DNA of 27,321 bases from Pseudovirgaria hyperparasitica. Its lineage: Eukaryota. The position numbers and the translations under genes were made by a program. The notes under the pieces are model-generated. The model was not told where the DNA came from. It saw only the letters and a program-made list of their open reading frames with translations, and did no database searches. This document shows, piece by piece, positions 22,286-27,321 of this stretch. Location of the stretch: NCBI GenBank assembly GCA_010093815.1, contig ML996566.1, one strand, 5' to 3'. How positions within the stretch are numbered: position 1 is the stretch's first letter; each line of letters starts with the position of its first letter.

Positions 22286-22290
22286 TCCGG

Positions 22291-23475
22291 GACCTTATCT
22301 AGAACCTAAGAGGAATTATAGAGGAAGAAAGGAAGTCGCCACGAGAGGAACCTAGTAGTAGGCTCGACCGAATAGAAGCCAGTCTACGGAGAATCTAGAA
22401 AGAGCTATCCTAAGGTAAGCGCCCTAACACGTAGGCTTAGATTATAGTAATACCCGGAGCCACCATACTAAGGACTACTAGGACCATAGATAGAGTATAT
22501 AGTATACGTATTATAATCTAGAATAAGGACACGCTAGCGTAGGTCTAACGGGCATCCCTAAAGGAAATTATAAATAAGATTAATGAATAGAAAGGAATAT
22601 GGTCGAGCGTTATAGCTACTAAAGTTACGCTAGGTAGGGTAGTACTTACTACTATAATAAATACTACGTAGTAAAATATCTTACGAGATCCGAACGCGAT
22701 AGGTAGTATCTTCCCCAGCGCGTCTATTAGAGTAGCTATATACCCGATTATAGTATATATAGTACCCGTATAGGGATAGGCTATCGGAGCGGAGGATATT
22801 ACGTGTATAGAATAATCTAACACGCGAAAATACCTAGGGATTAAGATCGTAAAAGCGTGGTAGAAGAACCTATAGGCGATTAAGACGACGGCGAAAAAAC
22901 ACTCTACTATAATTATAGAGCTCCGAGACCCCGCCCTTATATAACGCATTATATAGGAGGGATTCCTAATAGAAGAAGAGCTCCTTATAGCCGAGCTATA
23001 GGATAGGGCATAGGTAATAATATAGTGCTTTAACTATTAAGGGTATAGATATACTATATAAAGGTGCTTATAGAAGACTAAGTACGGATAGTACCGTGGG
23101 GACCATACTACCTAGGAGTGCCCTTATAAACCGCGAGGAGACGGACTAAGAAATAGGGACATAGTATAGTATTTAAACTACGACGGGAAACACCCGTCGT
23201 AGTCGTTAACGTGCATAAAATATAAATAGGTTATAGAATACATTCGCATAATAAAAGCGAGAGACGCAAGATAGTTATAGAATATAACACCTACTACGAG
23301 CCCTTCCTTTATAACACCCCTAATCTCCCCTCCGGAAGATAGTTAGGCGGGATAGTAGACTATCCCGAAGACGATAGGACGACTAAAAGGCATAGTTAAA
23401 GCCGCTACCGCGCGAGGATAGTCGCGCCTCCGAGGAATAAGTATATAGGTATATATACTTTCTAGTACCTAATAA
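22291..23475 (+). pseudogene. LINE copy 2 ORF1, 3' part
   Basis: Homologous to ~9091-10287; QCFNCQGYGH and two further CCHC knuckles at ~23020-23215. Confidence 0.87.
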
Positions 23476-26400
23476 GGGACTAGAATATACTCTAAATTAT
23501 ATAGGTAAACATATAATATAAAAGAGAGAACTAGGCGACGCTCCTCGAAGAGACTAGGGCTATAATACTCGCCATCTAGGAACCCTATAAATACTACTAG
23601 ACGAGTAAACCAACCACACACCCCGGATACTATACTATACACCCTCTAGGACTAGAAAGACGAGTTCTCTTCCACATTTATAGGTTAATACTACTCTTAT
23701 TATGGTCGTATACTAAGCGCGATAACCTTAGGATAACACTACACCTATAAATAGATATAGGCCCCCTATATATATATAACATATATAACTAATAACGTAT
23801 ACTTATACTAGACGAGATACTCGAGGGTACTACGGAACTAGAGTAATATATCCTCCTAGGAGACTTTAACCTCTACTACTAATAGTAGAGAGGCCTAGCT
23901 ATAGTTAGGGAAGAACTTAGAGTAAGGGAACTACGCACCCACTACCACGACTTCCTATACCTACTCACACCTATAGAATAAGTTATATAGAAAAAACATA
24001 AATAGGACGAAGACGGGTCCACGCTTAACCTTACCTTCGCCACGGAGTATATTAGTTACCGGATCTAATACTACCACCTAGGCTAGGTATAGACGGATTC
24101 CGACCACGAATACATAGAAACCGTAATAAATATATATACCCTAAATAAATAACGGGGACGATAGATATAGAAGGACACCGACTAGGAAAAGTACCTAAAG
24201 GACCTAGAATCGGCGATTCTAGATCTCTCTATAGTCGATATATCTAATGACCTAGCTATAGACTAGGCCGTATAGATACTCCTATAAATATACTAGAATA
24301 TAAGAAATAAACACGTACTATACCGAATATACCGGCCCCCGGAAGTAAAGGGGATTCCTTAAGTATAGGAAAGTAGATAAGACGCCTAAAGGCTATATAG
24401 ACGCGTATACTATACGAGAACACCCGAGTCGTAGAAAGAATAGAAGGAAGCGATATAATAACGCGATAAAGTCCTCTATAACGAAAGGCGTAAATAGTAG
24501 CGTATAATTACTAGTTAATAGATATAATACGTAATAGGGCTATAGCGTATAGCGAAATAGGCCAAGGGCGTAGACACTCCGACACCCCCGCTACTTATGC
24601 CTCCCCTAATATATTAGAGGAGAACATACTCTACGGGCCTTAAGAAAACTAAGGCCCTACGGGAGGCTATATTCCCTCTCCCGGAACTAGTAGATCTATT
24701 AGACGTTCACGGCGCCGAATATCTATATATGGTAGATATCCCCGAAGAAGTTACGGAGGAGGATAGACTTAATATTATTAAGATACTCCTAAATGATAAA
24801 GTACCCGGACTAGATGGAATTCTAAATCGATGCCTAAAAAGTACTATAAAAGCGACCCTACCACTTATTACTCGTATATTCTAAGTATATATCACGTAGG
24901 GGTACCACCCCTAGAGCTTCCGAGTCGTCTATACTATTATACTCCTAAAGCTAGGAAAGAGCCCTAACTCCCTAAAGGGATAGAGACTAATCGCCCTTCT
25001 CTTCTACCTAGGTAAGATACTAGAGACTATAATAGCAAAGAAGATAAGTACCGCAGTATAGGAATATAATCTCCTCCCTCCGAACTAGAAGGTAAAGGTA
25101 GATAGCTCCCTAATAATAGCTATCTAATATATTATTAAAGTCGTCTAGGCCGTATAGAAATAGGGACGGGTAGTATCGCTTCTCTCCCTCGATATGGCCG
25201 GAGCGTTTAATAAGGTAAACCATATAAGACTTATTCATAACCTCCGGATAAGACGAATACTAGAATAGATTATACGCTTTATATAGTTATTCCTTATAGG
25301 AAGAATAACTTAGATATATATCCCTAGGTACTAGAGTAAATATAAAGAGACGGTATACGGCATCCTATAAGGGAGCACCATCTCTCCGATCCTATTCCTC
25401 TTCTTTATAGTAGACCTTCTTTAAGGAATAAAGTATATAGAGGTAGTTAGATACGCCGATAATATATACCTCCTAGCTATTAATAATAATACTAACCGAA
25501 CGTATAGACGACTAGAATAGAACTACGAGAGGTGCCTCTAGTAGGTAAAACGCTATAGAATAAAGTTCGCCCCGGAGAAATACTAGCTCATACACTTTAT
25601 TAATCGTTAAGGAAAATAGATAACTAGGGAAGGCGAACGACGCCCCCGAATCGACGTATTTAATAAACTACTAGTATAAAGCATACGCGCGCTCGGAGTT
25701 ATACTAGATAGTAAGCTTAAATAGGGACCATAAGTGGTATACGCCGTCTCTAGGGCCCTCTAGATAGAAGCCGCTATATAACGGATTATAGCCTCCACGT
25801 AGGGAACCGCCCGGGATAAGGCACGCTAGCTATATATATCTATAGTACGACCCGCCTTTACGTACGGACACGAGTACTAATATACAGCCCTTATATAGAC
25901 TAGGCGAATAAAGCTTAAATCTATATAGAACCGTATACTCCGTCTTATATTAGGCGTATATAAAGCTACTAATATAGTACTACTACGACGCGAGATAGAC
26001 GTTATAAGTATATATAACTTCTACTAGATATAGAGGGTGGTATACTTTACTAAATAATAAGTATAGGAACGTATAGGAAACGTAGAATATACTTTCGCCG
26101 CGCTACGCGCATGAATTAGTATATATTACCGTGTACTCCTATATATAGGCCGGAATCGAATATAGTATAGGTGCTTAATAGAAGCCGACTCTAGCTAAGT
26201 AGTATAAGAAGTCCAAGATAACCCGGACGCTCTCCTAGACTAGTAGAGCCTTTAAGAACTTATAAAAAATATACGGTCGTGGACTTAAGATAAGTAGAAA
26301 GAGGCACTCTATACCTACTAGACCTCCTAGTAGAATAGGTACCTAGAGTGGATTCGAGGGCCATAGAAGGAACTAAGTAAATAGATATATAAAGGGCTAA

Positions 26401-26795
26401 TAAAAGCCTAAGCATCTATACTCATCTAAGCCCGAATGGGCGCTATAGAACTCCTATACTATATCTATAAGAGAGGCGTTCCCGATACCTCCCTATAGTA
26501 TAAGGCGTATAGCCGGAGAGGTATAATACGCCACTATCTAGCTATATACCCTAACCTCTATATATAACGGTAATAGCTTATCTACGTTACGAAGACTTTA
26601 GATATCGTATAATAGCTTAATAAGTACCCTAAGGATGTCTCCTAATAGATACTTATATATCTACTACTCCTCTAGTACTAGTAGACCTAGAAAGATATAC
26701 TAGAAGAGACCCGGTATACGCCGGTAGTAACCCGATATATACCGGAAGAACCCCGGGAGAACCCCGATTATTAGTTAAGGGCAGCCCTTAACTAA
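23472..26795 (+). pseudogene. LINE copy 2 ORF2 (AP endonuclease, RT, Cys/His knuckle)
   Basis: Same motifs as copy 1; YADD seen as TAC GCC GAT AAT at 25452-25463; the frame runs into the third palindrome copy, so the stop position is inferred. Confidence 0.92.
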
Positions 26796-26798
26796 TAA
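26768..26798. repeat. 31-bp palindrome, copy 3
   Basis: TTATTAGTTAAGGGCAGCCCTTAACTAATAA, identical to 8791-8821. Confidence 0.95.
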
Positions 26799-27018
26799 CC
26801 TCCGTACCTATACGTGCTACCTAAGGGTAAAATAATAGTAATATAGACTATAGGCTAATAGGCGTACCCTATAGCTATATACTTAAGACGAAATAGAGGT
26901 TTAACGAGATGTAGTTATAGATATAAGGAAGTTTTTCCCTATAGGGTTTCTTCTTATATAGTGGCTTAGACTAGAGGAGGCATAGGTCTATAGAGTACTA
27001 CTCTACCTAGTTATATAA

Positions 27019-27048
<30 letters not shown>
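27019..27048 (+). repeat. (TAT)10 tail at the 3' end of LINE copy 2
   Basis: Trinucleotide run whose last two units overlap the TSD. Confidence 0.85.
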
Positions 27049-27049
<1 letters not shown>

Positions 27050-27321
27050 TATTATAGGGATATATTCTATCTCTATAATATTTATATAGTATACTTAGAG
27101 TTTCTAGGCCCTAGAACCCTTAGAAAATTATCTAGTATACTTATAGCTAGCGAGAATATCTATTTTATAGAGTTTATTATAATAGATATAATATATAAAA
27201 AATAGTTTATACTATTACTTTATATATTCTATTATATAAGACTTCTAGAGTAAAGGGAAACTCTAGAAGAACTCTATAAAAAGTATTCTAGAGAAGATAG
27301 ATCTATTAAATAGACGAACGA

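Larger units (their letters stand above)
13738..27042 (+). mobile_element. Tad-like LINE copy 2, full length (~5.3 kb once element C is removed), split by element C
   Basis: 5' end homologous to copy 1 (GAACTTCTT...TTCGGGGTAA); resumes at 22291; (TAT)n tail from 27019; 15-bp TSD TATTATTTATTATAG at 13723-13737 and 27043-27057. Confidence 0.92.

Noticed and set aside
27058..27321. Possible coding relic in the terminal AT-rich segment
   Set aside because: Too degenerate to assign any motif on either strand.

Overview
Entirely repeat-derived fungal (Pezizomycotina-type) DNA, heavily mutated by RIP (CpA>TpA / TpG>TpA; reading frames full of TAA/TAG but collinear). No intact host gene. It resolves into a nested cluster: Ty3/Gypsy chromovirus A (+, 1-6076, 5' part outside the window) appears inserted into the RT of Gypsy B (-, 6077-8444). 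Two Tad-like LINEs of different subfamilies (8543-13474 and 13738-27042), each with its own TSD, sit about 230 bp apart in an old AT-rich substrate. A complete chromovirus C (14275-22285; 240-bp LTRs; TCCGG TSD) is inserted in ORF1 of the second LINE. Main observation: A and C, which are different families, each carry between the chromodomain and the polypurine tract an antisense, multi-intron gene. After reversing RIP, both encode a six-cysteine Zn(II)2Cys6-like cluster. Also seen: Tf1-like self-priming sites in B and C, a -1 frameshift cassette in C, a 31-bp palindrome bracketing the LINE coding region, an inferred ATGA stop/start overlap, and a 3'-truncated LINE that keeps a 17-bp TSD. Protein motifs are hand translations with RIP reversed; no database search was run.
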